Source: Stegostoma tigrinum
Lineage: Eukaryota
DNA: 64,000 bases
Direction: 5' to 3'
Assembly (NCBI RefSeq): GCF_030684315.1
Contig: NC_081378.1
Location: forward strand, 43,830,191-43,894,190
Shown here in pieces: positions 38,300-52,384 of the stretch (position 1 is its first letter; each line of letters starts with the position of its first letter). The notes under the pieces are model-generated. The model did not search any database. It was not told where the DNA came from and was given only the letters and a program-made list of their open reading frames with translations. Made by a program: the position numbers and the translations under genes.

Positions 38300-39025
38300 A
38301 GATAGACTAAATCAGTGGGAGCTATGTCTCTCAATGAGGGATCAATGATCAAGGGTGCCTGGCATAAAACAATTGGCAGCATGATCACGGCAAGTTGATG
38401 GGAATTTTCTTTTCACCCAGAGGCTGGTAGGGATCTGGACCTCACTCCCTGGATGGTAGAGGCAAATACATGTATCACATGTGAAAACTACTTGACTATC
38501 CACTGGAATACTGTGTCCAGTTCCAGTCGCCCACTTATTGGAAGGGTGTCATTAAGCTGGAGAGGGCTAAGAATACACTTACCAGGATGTTGCTGAGTGT
38601 GGAAGGTTTGAGTTATAAAGAAAGGTTGGATAGGCTGGGACTTTTTTTATTAGAGCATAGGAGGTTGAGAGGAGATCTTTATAGAATTTAAAAAATAAAT
38701 AGGGATATAGATACAGTTAATGGTAATTGTACTTTCCCCAGAATGGGGATTTCATGCCCAGGGGACATATTTTTAAGGTGAGAGGGGAGAGGTTTACAAA
38801 AGATAGGGGGGCAATGTTTTTTATGCAGAGTTTTGTTCGTTATGGAATGAACTGGATGTGGGTACATTACAATGCTTAAAAAAATCTGGATAAGTACATG
38901 AATAGGAAAGGTTTGAAGGGATATGGAACCAAGAGCAGGCAGTTGGGGCTAGTTTAGTTGGGAATGTGCTGGACATGGGGAGGTTGGACGGAAGGGCCTG
39001 TTTCCCTGCTCAATGACTCAATGAC
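38300..39025 (+). mobile_element. Two juxtaposed CR1 3' fragments (old ~38300-38500; younger 38500-39025)
   Basis: ctggaatactgtgtccagttc (LEYCVQF), ggataggctgggactttt, ctcaatga repeat tail. Confidence 0.85.
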
Positions 39026-39457
39026 ACAAAGTATGGTAACCTGTATATTTGAAGGCCAAGGGCTGGGATGTGGGGTTGGGCTACTGCATTAGTGTTTTTG
39101 TGGCAAAGACAGGGCGGACTGAATAGCCTCCTTCTATGCTGTGAATTTTTGATAGCATTTGCAAAAAATTGTTTCAGTGACATGTGTTTAATTTTTCCAC
39201 TTCTTTGATGATGCCCTGAAAAGTTAACTTTGGTTCTTTCTCCACAGATGTTAAGTATCGCCAACATTTTTGATTCCAATTTCAAGCATCAGTCGTATTT
39301 TGCCTTTGCTAACTCCATAAAGGGTCTCGGGGTGCTATGAATAGTGTTCCACCTTTGAGCCAAAAGCTCAGGGTTTATTTCCCATTCCAAGAATTGATGG
39401 CCAATGGAAGTGCGTTGATTATGTAGTCACATCTTCCCTACATCAACTAATGGCAAG

Positions 39458-39693
39458 TAGAATCATAGAATCCCTACAGTGCAGAAGTGGCCGTTCAGCC
39501 CATCAAATCTACACTGACCCTCTGACAAAGATCTTACCCGGACCCACCAACCCCCAACTCTATCCCCATAATCCTGCATTTACTAAGGCTAATGTGCCTA
39601 ACCTGAACATCTTTGGACTGCCAAGGAAAGCAGAGCACCTGGAGGAAACCCACACAGACACAGGGAGAATGTGCAAAGTCCACATGGTCACCC
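39458..39693 (-). mobile_element. HE1 SINE, 5'-truncated
   Basis: agaatcatagaatccctacagtg...gagaatgtgcaaagtccac. Confidence 0.88.
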
Positions 39694-40949
39694 AGTTAGT
39701 TGAATTTGTGGATCAGATTGACATTAACAGCACAGGGATTGTATTCCACTCGGATCGGGTCAGAATCTGCCTCCTTTCCCTAACCGTGGTGCAGGTTGTG
39801 ATGTTGTGGCTTAGATCAGCCTTCAGGGAGAAAACTGGGGAGCAAGCATCTTTTGTGGATTGTAGTGCATGATTTTCCTAGAGTAATGTGTCCTGGCTAC
39901 ACTTCGAACTTACAGAAACTCATCTCACATGGGCAGGCTCCTAAAATTGCTGAAGGGGACGCCTTTGGTTCTTTATGGCTCAAATCATAATTCTACTAGA
40001 AATTAATATCCATAGTTTTATGACAAGTCAGACAACAGAATTGTGTATTCAGTAACATTCCTTGGTTAAGAAGACTTTAACGTTACTTTGGTCACTACAT
40101 GTAGGCCAATAAGAGCCATGGCAACTGCAAAACTGAACTGTGCGATAGGAGACAACGTTTGCAGTGGGTGGAGTAAGTTGCTGTTTTTTCTCTTATCCTG
40201 TAATTCCCTGTATGTGTGGCCTTGTTAGGGACAATTGTATTAATCATGCATTAGCTGATGGCACTCATTTGCCATCAAATTGGTTTTAACTGAAAGACAG
40301 CAATAAACAATTAAAGTGATGTTTTCAAGTAATCATGTCCTTTACATACTTAGTTCATTTAGCCCCCATCATCTCAGAGACACAAGGCTACAAACATAAA
40401 AGTCTCAACTTGAGTTTGTCACTTCTGCATCAGTTTTCATATCTGCCCCTGAAAGACAATGGTTCAGAGCTGTGACATTGTCACACCTACTTGGAAGCAT
40501 GCAATGACATAAGTTGTGAAGGTGATGGTATTTTCAGGAGGACGTCCTAGTACACAGGCAATTGCCTGAATTTCGCTTACCCAATGTAATATTGGCACCT
40601 TGGATCTACAGCACATATCTGGTGGAGGGTACGTAGTTCAGACCTCCCTGTTGAAGTATGACATTGGCCTCCTTGCCAAGCCTCTACATCACATATCTCA
40701 AAGGGGATAATATGTCACTTCATGGTGATTCATGTGAGGGATCAGGAGTACTGATAGTGATGTGCTGTCCCAGTCTCAACATTCCCCAATGGCTCCACCA
40801 TCTGAGATAGAAGCCATGCTTGAAGGATGCCTTGTGGCCTTGGTGAAGATGTGACAACAGCATCAAGAAGACATCAAATACAACAATGTCAGCAAGAACA
40901 GCAACAGTTGCCACACAGCATCCAGCAGGAGCAGCAGCAGCAGCTGAAG

Positions 40950-41720
40950 AATCCCCCAATAGGCAGAGAAGAATGGCCGGACCCCAGGTCTACTAGCCTT
41001 GCTGTCCTTATCTACAGCTCCCAACACAGGCAAAGATTAAAGATATCCCAGGCCTTAATTACCAATCTGTGTGATATGCTGGAACAGGATTTGCATTCTG
41101 AAGGACTGGGTGTCCATCCTGTCTCAGTGCCCATCAAGATCAAGTTCGTCTTGAATTATTATGTCAGCAGCTCATTCTGTGGAGGAACTGGATGTCTGTA
41201 TGGTATCTCATGACCCACAAGTTGCCTGGAATCCTCTTAATGCCATCTTTTCCAAATTACAGCTGTTTATATCTTTCCCCTGGGATCAGCAGCTCAGGAA
41301 ATGGGATTCTCCTCCACTTCTGGCTGTCCTCTGGTGCAGGCTGCTATAGACTGCGCCAATGTTGCTTAGAGAGAATCCTATCACCAGCCTGCAGAATTTA
41401 GCGTCCAATAAGGCATACCTCCACCAATGTCTAGCTCATCTGTGGCCACTGCTGTCAAATTTTGTACCAGACATCCCAGAGCTGCCAGTACTCTCACAGA
41501 TTCCCACCTCCTTCCAAGATCTTAAGACCATACAAGGATGGGTGCTGGGAGACAAGTAATACCTCTCTCCAAACAAGGCTGATGACACCTTTACAAAACA
41601 CTCATACTGACACAGAATGGAGTTTCAGTGCTGCCTTTCCTTCCACCAGGGCCACCGTGAAAACACACCATAGGCATTCTTAAGATGAGATTGCAATACC
41701 TGGACCACTCTGGCACAGCC
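40950..41720 (+). pseudogene. HARBI1-like DDE transposase relic
   Basis: PVSVPIKIKFVLNYYVSSSFCGGTGCLYGIS, VQAAIDCANVA, GWVLGDK*Y, LKMRLQYLDHSG in the expected order with stops and frameshifts. Confidence 0.85.
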
Positions 41721-42037
41721 TTATCGATGGCATTTTGGGCTGAGATTTAAGTATCTACACTTTAGAGGTGCTGCTCACTGTTCAGAAGAAGGAGTAGTGA
41801 CACGGGGCGCGAGCATCCCATGGCTGTGAACTGAGGTGATTTTAAAGTATATGATCCCCAAGAGTTTTTGTGACAGGGTGGGTGTAAGTGCGGATGAGGT
41901 ACGTAGACAGACCCTACCGCTACTCTCCAATGTGAACAATGCTAAAGCCACAAACAAACTGCGACACCTTGACTGCAGTCATTAACATTACAGTGCTAGG
42001 GTAATGCTATCTACAATCAAAGAGTTAATTGGTGGTA

Positions 42038-42338
42038 AGAGATCATACAGTGTGTAAACAGTCCATTCAGCCCACTAAGTCTGCACTGAGCCTCCAAAGG
42101 GAAACCCGACCAGACCTACATACCTGTAACCCTGCATTTCCCATGGCTAATCCAGCTAGCCTGCACATCCCTGGACAATTTAGCATGGCCAATCCACTTA
42201 ACCTGCCTATCTTTGAACTGTGGGAGGAAACCAGAGCACCCAGAGGAAACCCACGCAGACACAGGGAATATGTGCAAACTCCACGCAGAGAGTTGTCTGA
42301 GGTTGGAATCGAACCCAAGTCCACGGTGCTGTGAGGCA
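42038..42338 (-). mobile_element. HE1 SINE
   Basis: ggaatcgaacccaagtccacggtgctgtgaggca head, full body. Confidence 0.9.
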
Positions 42339-43590
42339 ACATCGGCCCAGGAAATATTTGTGCTTAGAGGGCCGAGGCCCCACTGAGACTGTGCCATCCA
42401 ATGCTCGTTCACTCATCTCAGTTTGTGGTTCTGTGATCAGATGCAGCAAAGTAAAAGGGCTTGCTCCATTCAGAGCTTCAGAGAGGAAGGTTGTGGGTGC
42501 CCTTGGTGTGTCAAAAATGGGAAAATTCAGCTCTCTGCCTTGCTCAGTGAAAAATACTTATACATAAGTCAGAAGTATTTGCTATGATTAAAGTTTCATA
42601 TTTAGATACCAACATTTAAATGCAAGCAGATTACAACAGCCAAAAAGGATGTATCTCATAAGAACAAGAGATAGAGATCAGGCCGCAGGATAAGAGAAAT
42701 CATATGACAGCATTTTATTCAATGCTGTGTGTGCTTTACCTTTTCCACAGTTTGATAAACAGAGTTGCTTACTTTTACAAATTTGTTTTCTTGAATCACA
42801 CATTTCAATGCCACATTCAATAGCCAGTTTTGGTTGACTTTGACAGTCTACGGTCATCTTAAATCTAAGGATTTGGCACTGCAAAGGAATTGTAGGCTGA
42901 CTCTTTTCAGCTCTCTCATTATATTTGAAATAAAGACTTATTATGGCAATAGTGTTACTTTCATCCTATGGGTTAGAAATCATATTTACTGCACCACAAA
43001 CTCCCTGCCACTTGCGACTTCAGTTAAACCTATTTGTTTCAAAATGAAGTTAATATTTTGCTTCCATATTTAATAATTTAACTTGACTAAAGTCAATTTG
43101 TTTCAATTGGAAGCATTCCATACTTCAAGAAGGAGGACATGCCCTGTTTAGATAGTGCTCTGCAGAAAATCTTTGGTGGAATGCAGATATTCAACTAAGA
43201 GGCTGACACTAAAGCTGAGGAAAGCAGGAGTGTAAATGACTTCAAGGCCTCATTAATTTGAGCACAGAAGCTTGCCTGATAGGTAGGTGCATTACAGAAT
43301 GATTATTTACCTTCCTGGAGCTCTCTCCTCTTGGACAAGATACTTAATTGACACACAAATATGCATAGCACAATGTAAGGGTTTTGGATTATTTGAAGAA
43401 AATTAAGAGATGCCCGCACTAAAATTCTTCCTCGCTACCTTTATTTTTTATGAAGATGAGTGTCAGTTTGTGAGTTCTTGCTATGCACCAACTGACCGCT
43501 GCCTTTGCCTACATAACAACAGCCTGCAGTTCAAAAATAATTTATTTGCAGTGAACTGTCTATCAATGATACTAATTGTTCCTTTAATAA

Positions 43591-44282
43591 TGTTATGAGA
43601 ATTCTTTGTTAATAATATGTTTTTATTTGAGGACCATGCTTGAAGGATTGTGGACAGTGATCCATTGGAATATCTCTGGAGAGTCCTGGAGTGTTTACGA
43701 ATTAAAGATTAAAAACTTGGGTTTTTACTTTGAAAATGCACATCTTAGCAATCACATAGCTGAAGCTTATTTCTTGGACCTATATCCTAGATAGCACTTG
43801 ACTGGGTTTGTGGACATCAGGAATTAGTTTCTGTTTGAAGATTATTTGGAATCTCACAACCTGTTGAGTGAGAAAAAAGTGACCATTCAGCCTCTGCCTT
43901 TCTGAAAACAAAAGTCAATGTTTTGAGTTTAATGTGAAAACTGAAGCCCCGATCTATCTGTTGGCCTGAAAACCATCCGAAAGAGTTCTTGAAAACTTCA
44001 AAGCAAACCATATCTGGAAAGCTGCCTATATTTGGTGGCATCTGTCTATATGTGCCAGGACACTGATTGAAAGTCACCTCGAACATTTCATAATTTAGCC
44101 TTCCTTCCTTTTGCAAACTATCAATTATTAGTCCAAATATTTTTGTCTAAAGGTTTTCTTGATAGATTGTTATCTCGACCTGTGTTTCTTTGTTGAATAA
44201 GTCTTGCTTTAGAATGAACCAATAATTTTGTTGTTTATTAAGGAATTCTGGTTCAGGGATCTTTTTTATCCTGAGCATAATA
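43591..44282 (+). mobile_element. Probable solo LTR
   Basis: Begins tgttatg and ends cataata (near-inverted termini); T-rich 3' part with aataa motifs; no internal sequence. Confidence 0.4.
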
Positions 44283-44362
44283 TGGTGGAAGTATGCAATT
44301 GTCAATTTTGGAAACTTGATAAATCATTTAATTATGCATTGTGAAGTGGAGCGGTAGACCTG

Positions 44363-44389
44363 GAGAGAGAGAGAGAGTGAGCGAGAGAG
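44363..44389. repeat. (GA)n microsatellite
   Basis: Imperfect GA run. Confidence 0.85.
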
Positions 44390-45192
44390 CACTCCTAAAA
44401 TATCATGCACAATACCATAATCTTCTTTACATTTTCTATTGATTTGGTCCCTCCCCTCAGTATAGAAATTGACAAATAGATAATAGCCCATGCAAAATAC
44501 TTGAACTAATATTTTCAGGGTGTAATTTTACACTTCGTATGAAGACTGACAGCTGTATTTGACCAAATGGAATGTGCATACTGAAGATTTGTAACTAATT
44601 TTATCATTTTTTTAATCAAAATTACAATTATTGCAAACTGTTGCACAGGATTTCACAATGAGCAATGAAACAACAGTTCCTACTGCCAACCTTAGGGTAA
44701 GCTGCTCACAAATATCCAACCATATCTGTGGCATGGTCTTCACTTTTCCCAACATTATGCTGATCCTGGTATCAGTTCTAGGGGAACTCCAGTGTCCAGT
44801 AAAAATGCTGTCACCAAGCAGGCTAAGCAGCCAATCAAATTGCAGAATCTCCATAGACAGCAAAGCAGGAAGTAGAAGCCTCTGACTTTCCTTTACTTTC
44901 CCTTACTTTCTAAACATTTGACAGAGTGCAATATAAAGGCTGGGACATGCGTGTGTACAAACTTAAAATAGTAACTATTTTATCATAATTGCGATATTGG
45001 ATATCACATTAACATAAAATTAGATTTTCAGAACAGTTAGATTGTTCATTCAAAATTATGGATATAATATGTCATTATAAAATAGACACATCTCACTCAA
45101 AAGAAATCACCTTTCCATGGGTCTCAGAGCAAAACTGATTACGTAAAAATGGAGATTCATGTCAATTCAGGAGGAAAGAATTCTCCCTGCTA

Positions 45193-45698
45193 TTGGAAGG
45201 ATGTTGTGAAATTTGAAAGGGTTCAGAAAAAGTTTACCAGGATGTTGCCAGGGTTGGAGGGTTTGAGCTAGAGGTAGAGGATGAATAGGCTGGGGCTATT
45301 TTCCCTGGAGCGCTAGATGCAGAGCTGTGACCTTGTAGGGGTTTGTAAAATCATGAGGGGCATGGATAGGGTAAATAGGTCTTTTCACCAGGGTGAGCAG
45401 TCCAAAACTAGAAGGCAAGAAGTAAGGTTTAAGGTAAGAAGCGAAAGATTTTAAAGGGACTGAAAGGGTGATGTTTTCATGCAGAGGGTGGTGTATGTAT
45501 GTAATGAACTGCCACAGGAAGTGGTGGAGCTGGGTACAATTACAACATTTAAGAAGCATCTGGATGGGTATATAAATAGGAAGGATTTAGACAGATATGG
45601 GCCAAATGCTGGCACATGGAACAAGATTAATTTAGGATATCTGGTTGGCATAGATGAGTTGGACCAAAGGGCCTGTTTCCACGCTATACATTTCTACA
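45193..45698 (+). mobile_element. CR1 3' fragment
   Basis: QRVVYVCNELPQEVVELGTITTFKKHLDGY. Confidence 0.9.
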
Positions 45699-48439
45699 GC
45701 ACAACAACTTCCCTCTGCAGAAATTTCATCTGCAGTTCCTAGTTTTAATTACAAAGGTGCAGAAGTCAGCAATTGCTGTCAGTTTCACAGCTATATTGAT
45801 GGTAGATGCTGACACTTTAGCCAAACATCTTTATAACCAATCAATTGTGTTTGAGTCTAGTTAGCTCCTGCAATCATAGCAGCACACACTGTACAGGGGA
45901 CAAAATCAACCCTGGGTCAGTTTTTTGAAGGGGCTATCCGATTAGTCTCCACCCTTTCCATGTCCCACAGTTCTACAATTTTCTTTGGAAGTTTTGATTC
46001 AATTATCTTTTGAAAATTGCAATTGAAGCCGTTTTCACCAGCTACTCAGACAGTGTGCTCCAATTCACATCCATTTGCTGCTGATAAAAAAAATGCTCCT
46101 TCTCTGTCCATTGATATCAAAACCATTAATAATTTTGGAAAACCTCACAAAAATTCCTTTTAACCTTCTTTAGTGATCTCTGCTTCTGTCTTCTTTCTAC
46201 ATAATTCAAGCTGAATAATGATAAAACAATAGGAATGGAGGCTGAATATGAAATTCCAGATGTACAATAAAGTTACGTAGTTCTTGGAAGTGACTTTTAT
46301 TTTCTCAAATTCCTGAATTAAATTTCCATTTTTATACTTGAAGTACAAAGCAACATGTATGTGTGCCAAGTTTAATTTGAGTCACGCAATATAACCTCAA
46401 ATATTTTGCCTATCTTTGGACTGAAATTAATTCTGCAGGGAATTACATCTGGAGATAACCACAAGAAAAATTAAACATGATTTCTTTCAACATTTTTAAG
46501 GTAAGCAGTTAGCTGTAAATGTCAAGCGATTACTGTAAAAGCAAAACTCTCATGAGAAACTAAATCTAGCATTCGCATTTCAATTATTGTTAATGCTCCT
46601 GCTTATCGAAAATAAATTGAACTGTTACACACTAATGGTCTTTATTAGACTAGAAGCCTTTCGCAATTGGTCTGCTGATACTGCAAAATAGACAATGGCC
46701 AAACTAGTGAACTAAAAAATAAGAATTTAAAAACAAAATATTTCTTATAATTAAGCTTCCACTTTTAAGCAGCAGAAACAAAAAGTAAGAATTGCTGTAG
46801 CCCTAGTGGAACTCTGTCTTTGCCAGAAATTCAGAACAGAGCAGAATAGACTAAAATAGCAACTTATTGTCTTCTGTATTTTTACAAAAAAGCATACAAC
46901 GAAGTTTTATTGGTGGCTGTACCATGGCACCTAAATTAATGACAGAAGTCATTAATAAGAAAAAAGTATAAATAAATTTAGAATAAACGTACAGTTATGC
47001 TGAGTGCAAAAACAAGTTATAAACTACTATACTAAAAATCCTGCATTAGCCAACTATTTATATCCTTGCTTTATTTACATGATGTAGCGAGATAGTAATA
47101 TTGGTCATTGAGACAAAACTTTGATCTTACACACATATGGGGCAAATCTTGAAATTGTGTTCTACTTTAAGATGGAGTCTGTAATCCTTCCTGGTGAGCA
47201 CTATTACAGGAATACAAATTTGCAAAATTGGTCACATCATATTAAATCAATTCAATGGAAGTTACTGCTGTACTTTCTAACACATGGCAATAATTGATTG
47301 GACATTACATCATCGTGTTCATGCACTGTTGTTGTGTAACAAACGTGACCCACACAGCCAGAAAGAAAATTAGAGGGAACCAGAGTGAGGGGCTGAAGAT
47401 AACAAGTTGAGTAGTGTGGGATACAAGGGCAGGGAAGGAGGGATATTCAATCTATAGGCTAGGGAGAGCCAGTAGCACTTGGAAGGAGATGGGATGCTGC
47501 GGGGAGAGGTGTTCACCACCATCATGGCCTTGACAGGGGGACTATGCAGCATGATTAAGGGCATCACTAAACCATATCGTGTGACTCAGGAGTTAGGAGT
47601 GAAAGCTTCAGTCGCTGTTCAAGGTTGGAACACTTTTTTGGTTCAGTAGCAATAGGACCCCATCGAGCACTAGAGAGAAGGGAACATGGAGTTTGTAGTG
47701 CAGGAGGACCTGATGACCATGCTGAGCCTAGTACACATAGTGTTGAGCATGACCTGCAATGCCTTTCGTGATTTCTCGTGTGTAAATGTGATCTACAAAT
47801 GGAAAATGACTGTGACCACACCTGGAGTGAATGGTTGGCTACATTGTCTATTTGTTGACTAATAACATGTGCTCCACTTGTGAATGACAGGAGGCATCTG
47901 AGGACAATTGCATCAATCATACATTTGCAGGGTAAAGGTTGAAGTCATCTGCAATCATAGCATTGTGTGTGTGAAATACAACCACTGTCCCAACTATATG
48001 GACTGCAAATGCTGGTCATAACCAATGTTGACCATGCTGCTCATCCTTGTGGATTGGCAGGCACCTGCAGACCACAAAGCACCCAGATAATGCAAGTTTT
48101 CATAGTTGGGACAGGAACATGAAATGGGTTCTCTCTCAGCCTGAACTGTAAGTATAATGCAAGACATACGTATGTAATGATGCCTGTTGTGGTGATGTGA
48201 AGCTGAGAGGAGAAGGATTCAGTACTCATTCATCAGAACAAGGGCCAATATCAGTGTACAATGTTGAGTCATTCCATGGTCCTCTTTGACTGAAAGGCCC
48301 ATATCCCACTGGATGGAGGATTGTGTTAAACCATCATTTGTACATGATGTGGATGCTGACTGCTCTCATTGATAAAGACGTATCCTGCTCCTTCTGCTAT
48401 CCACACAGGGCCATTGTAAGTGTGACTGATGGATCCAGG

Positions 48440-49030
48440 CACAGGAGGCAGATAGCTGAAGGACTGATAAGATGCAGCAGAGATTCAGGAGGGCTCAAGC
48501 TTCAAAGCTATTTCCTCCAGATGAGCAAGGCACAGTGCTACAGATTGTGGGTATCCTAGGACAGTGTCACTGAACTATACCAGCCATTAGAGGAAGGACC
48601 TATAACCTGAAGGAATAGGTGACCAGTGTGTTCCAATGGTACTCAAGGTGATAGCTGCATTGAACATCAACATGGCTGGTTCCTTTCAAGGAGACGTAAG
48701 GTACCTATGTGGGATCTCTCCATTGTCCAAACAAAAATGCATTAAGAGTGTGACCAATATAGTTAGTGCCAGATCACACCATTCGAGCTCATTTTGCCCA
48801 TGTCAAAGTCAGTGCTGCAGACCAAACAGTAGGATTTGGACTTAGAGCTGGCTTCCCCAGGTGCAGGGCATAATACATTGCACACACATCACATTGCAAG
48901 GCTCATATCATAATGCAGCTGAGTCTATCACTTAAAGGGTCCCATCCCATCAATATGCCAGTGATCTGTGATCTCGAATTTTGCATCTCTGGGAGACAAT
49001 GGTTACTGGCTGTGACCATGGCTGATGACT
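48440..49030 (+). pseudogene. HARBI1-like DDE transposase relic
   Basis: VLKVIAALNINMAGSFQGDVRYLCGIS...KCIKSVTN; AGFP/VQGIIHCTHI; KGSHPINMPVICD; LGDNGY. Confidence 0.88.
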
Positions 49031-50104
49031 CAGTTAAACAACCCTCTGACTGAGGTGGACTGTAGGTACAAAGCAGTACATTCTTTGAACAGAGCCAGTG
49101 TGGTGTGGACAATAAACCTTCTGAAGGTTAGATGACTTGGTCTGGACAGACAGGATCTTGTAGTAATCTTCAGAAAATTGGAACGGATCGAGGCAGTGTG
49201 CAATGGATTCTGATAAGCTGGGAGGGAGGGAAAGTCTTCTGAGGACCAAGTTGAGAAAATTGAACAGGAGAAACATTACCTTCTGCTTAATCAAGTGCAG
49301 TGGCGTTAGCTGCTACAAACCAGACTGGGCTTAATTAATTCTCAGCTCACTGGTTGCAGTGAATCACTCATTGATTGAGCAGCAACAATTTTACAAGGTG
49401 TGGGGAGTTTGTTGTGTTCTGAGAGCATCTTCTGTTTTTTTTATTTCTGTTCAGTTTTGGTATTTACACGCAAGTGAATTTTGAGACAACTGAAGCCCCA
49501 GCGTATGTGATGGACCCACGTTGTATCAATGAAAGGAATATGTGGTTATAAACGCAAAGAAGAGTCAGCTGTGCCAACTCCGTACCATGAAAAGTGTTGG
49601 TACATGTTGTGCTGGGCAGCTCTGCCAACACTTGACCGAGTGCATAGCCGGGGCTTCAAAGCTAGGCCAGGACCAGGGATGCTGGTATCTCCTGGGATGT
49701 CCTAGCAGTTACAAAATGGCAATGAGAGAATCAGGCTAGCATTATACAGAAGGGGTGTCAGTGGGATGTGGTAGACAATGAGGCGAGTTTGAGATGATAG
49801 CACGAGAAAGCTGGTGAGGAGAAACCCTCCATGAAATTCGATGAAAATTACATTTTGACAAAATATTCAGCCCACTGTCTAATTTGCTTCATGTTATTGT
49901 ATACAATCATCCATTCTACCTGTGTTTCCAGTGGCCACCTTCTCAAGGGCCATTAGAGATGGACAACAAAGGGCTCATCTTGCAGGAAAGCTTACATGAC
50001 ATAAAAAATTGAATAAAAATCCTTTTTATGGTAAAATAAAGCATTGTTAAATGTTTTGCTTTACAATGGTTTAACTTTGCATTAACATTCCCACACTGTA
50101 GCTT

Positions 50105-50770
50105 CAAGTTTTAGGAACTTGAGCACACACTGATACTTCATATGCTACTACACAGTTGATAATTCTGTGCAATACTGCAGGAGTGTTGCATTATCAAAGG
50201 TGATTTTCTGAAGCTAGGGTGCACTATTCCAATGTTCTAGCCCACCCTTCAACCAACAATACCAAAGATATCTGAACAAGTTATTTACCTCACTCCTTGG
50301 GGTGGCACAGTGGTTTGCATTGCTGCCTCACAGCAACAGGGACCCAGGTTGTGATTCCAGCATTGTGCGGCTGTCTGCATGAAGTTGCACATTCTGTCTA
50401 CATCTATGTGAGTTTCCTCCCACAGTCCAAAGGTTGTACAGGTTAGGTGGATTGGCCATGCTAAATTGCCCATAGTCCCCAGGGATGTGTTAGTTAGGTG
50501 GGTTAACTTTGGAAATGTGAGGCTTTAGGGGTAGGGCAGAGAGGAGGTGGGTCTGGTTAGGATGGTATTTGGAGGGGCAAGATAGACTCAATGGGCCAAA
50601 TGGCCTGATTCTATACTGAAGGGATTCTATATTCCTATTGGGCAGAGATGTGTTGCTGCATTTGCAATCAAAACAAGAGCAACTACATTTCAAAAGTAAT
50701 TAATTAATCATGAAATGCTTTAGGAAATCCTAAGTATGTAAAAGGAGTTATATAGATGCAAGTTCTTATT
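50105..50770 (+). mobile_element. SacSINE1-like element interrupted by HE1
   Basis: ggaacttgagcacac 5' part; caactacatttcaaaagtaattaatt...tatatagatgcaagttc 3' part. Confidence 0.6.
50297..50632 (+). mobile_element. HE1 SINE
   Basis: ggggtggcacagtggtttgcattgctgcctcacagc...gggattctat. Confidence 0.9.
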
Positions 50771-52177
50771 TATTAATATAGCAGTCTTTTTCCTTGCATT
50801 ATTTCCAATAGGCCGCCTTGCCTCCAATTGTACCCGTTGTGGGCTTAAAAAATTGTCACTGTTTATTATTGATGAGCAAATGTGATGAGCTATTTCTGCA
50901 GGTAAGGTTTGTTGGGTGTGTTCAACTTACTGAGATCCATTTTAGACCAGTTGTTCCCAACTGATTTTATTTTTCTCTTTGGTACTTGTATTGGTCCAGC
51001 TGACAACAAAAAAAGGAATTGCAGTTGAAGCCTTCAGACGTTAAAATCAAAATCTCAAGACACAGGAATTTAGGCTCTAAAGGGGTAGAAGGAAGAATTC
51101 ATGCGTAGGCCTATCTTGCCAACCCTGCCAGTTTGATCCCACCTTGGTGTCACTGACCCAGTTATAACGGTTGTGCCCCCAGTAACTTTCATTCCCTTAA
51201 GGGCATTAATGAATCAGGTGGGTTTTTAGACCAACCTAATAGTTTTACCATTATCTAGACTAGTCTTTTTCTTGAGATTTATGGCTGAAGACAGCCCCAA
51301 TTGACAACGCCACGCTTCCACCCTGAGTTGAGCAGACAGACTGGCTCTGAATACACTCCAGCTGGAACAAGAATTGAACCCCATTCTTTGGCATCAATCT
51401 GCCTAACACCAGGCCTCCAGTTTAACTAAAGTAACTGCACATCACTACCAAACCTCACCTCCAAGAGCCTGAGTTATTGAGTTAACACACTTTTCCACTC
51501 ATATTGTCATCTGGAATTATGGGTTGCAATAGTAGAAGCCTGATTTTTTTCTAAGATATACTGGCGTTAAGATCATATTTCTTTTAAATTTTCTATGTTT
51601 TGATTCCGGACTGAAATGGGAAAATGACTATTCTAAAAACCAAGGATTGCAATTTTTAAAAGCCAGCCAGTAGCAGTTGTTGTAAGTGCTATTTGTTCAA
51701 GCAGCAGAGGGAATATTACTGCAGGGGAGCTGGTGCCAGCATATTTACACAAAATGAGATTCAATCAGCGACAACTAGCTGATTGATCTGTGAAAGTGTT
51801 CATGGTTATTGATGCCAAAAGTCTTCCACCTACTGACAAGATTAGCTAAAAACCGAAAAAAGAACTGCGGATGCTGTAAATCAGGAACAAAAACAAAGTT
51901 TCCGGGAAAGCTCAGCAGGTCTGGCAGCATTTGTGAAGGGAAAAAACAGAGTTAATGTTTCGGGTCAAGTGACCCCACGGATGGCGGCTGGGAAAACGTC
52001 AGTTTACATGCAGAAAATAGGGAGGTGAGTTGGGTGGGGAATAAACGATAGGATAGAGCCCGAAGAGAGACAAGGGCAGTTGGCTAGATGAAGGAGTTGC
52101 TAATGATCAGGCTGGGAGGGTGAATAATTGTTAATGTGGACTGTTAGTGATGAACAGGAATTATGTAATTTCAAAGG

Positions 52178-52384
52178 CTCCCTTGTCGCAAAAAAGACCC
52201 TGAACTACCTGTTGCCTGCCACTTTAATGCACCACTCTGCTCCCTGGCCAACAAGTCTGTCTCTGGCTTGCTGCAGTGTTCCAGCAAAGTCCAACGTAAG
52301 CTGGAGTAACAACACCTCCTTTTCTGCTTGGGGACCCTACAGCCCTCCGGGCTCAGTATTGAGTTCAATCATTTTAGGGCCTAA
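52178..52384 (+). pseudogene. Penelope GIY-YIG endonuclease C-terminal fragment
   Basis: KKDPELPVACHFNAPLCSLANKSVSGLLQCSSKVQRKLE*QHLLFCLGTLQPSGLSIEFNHFRA* (VA.HF...E...I..L.TL.P.GLN motif). Confidence 0.88.
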
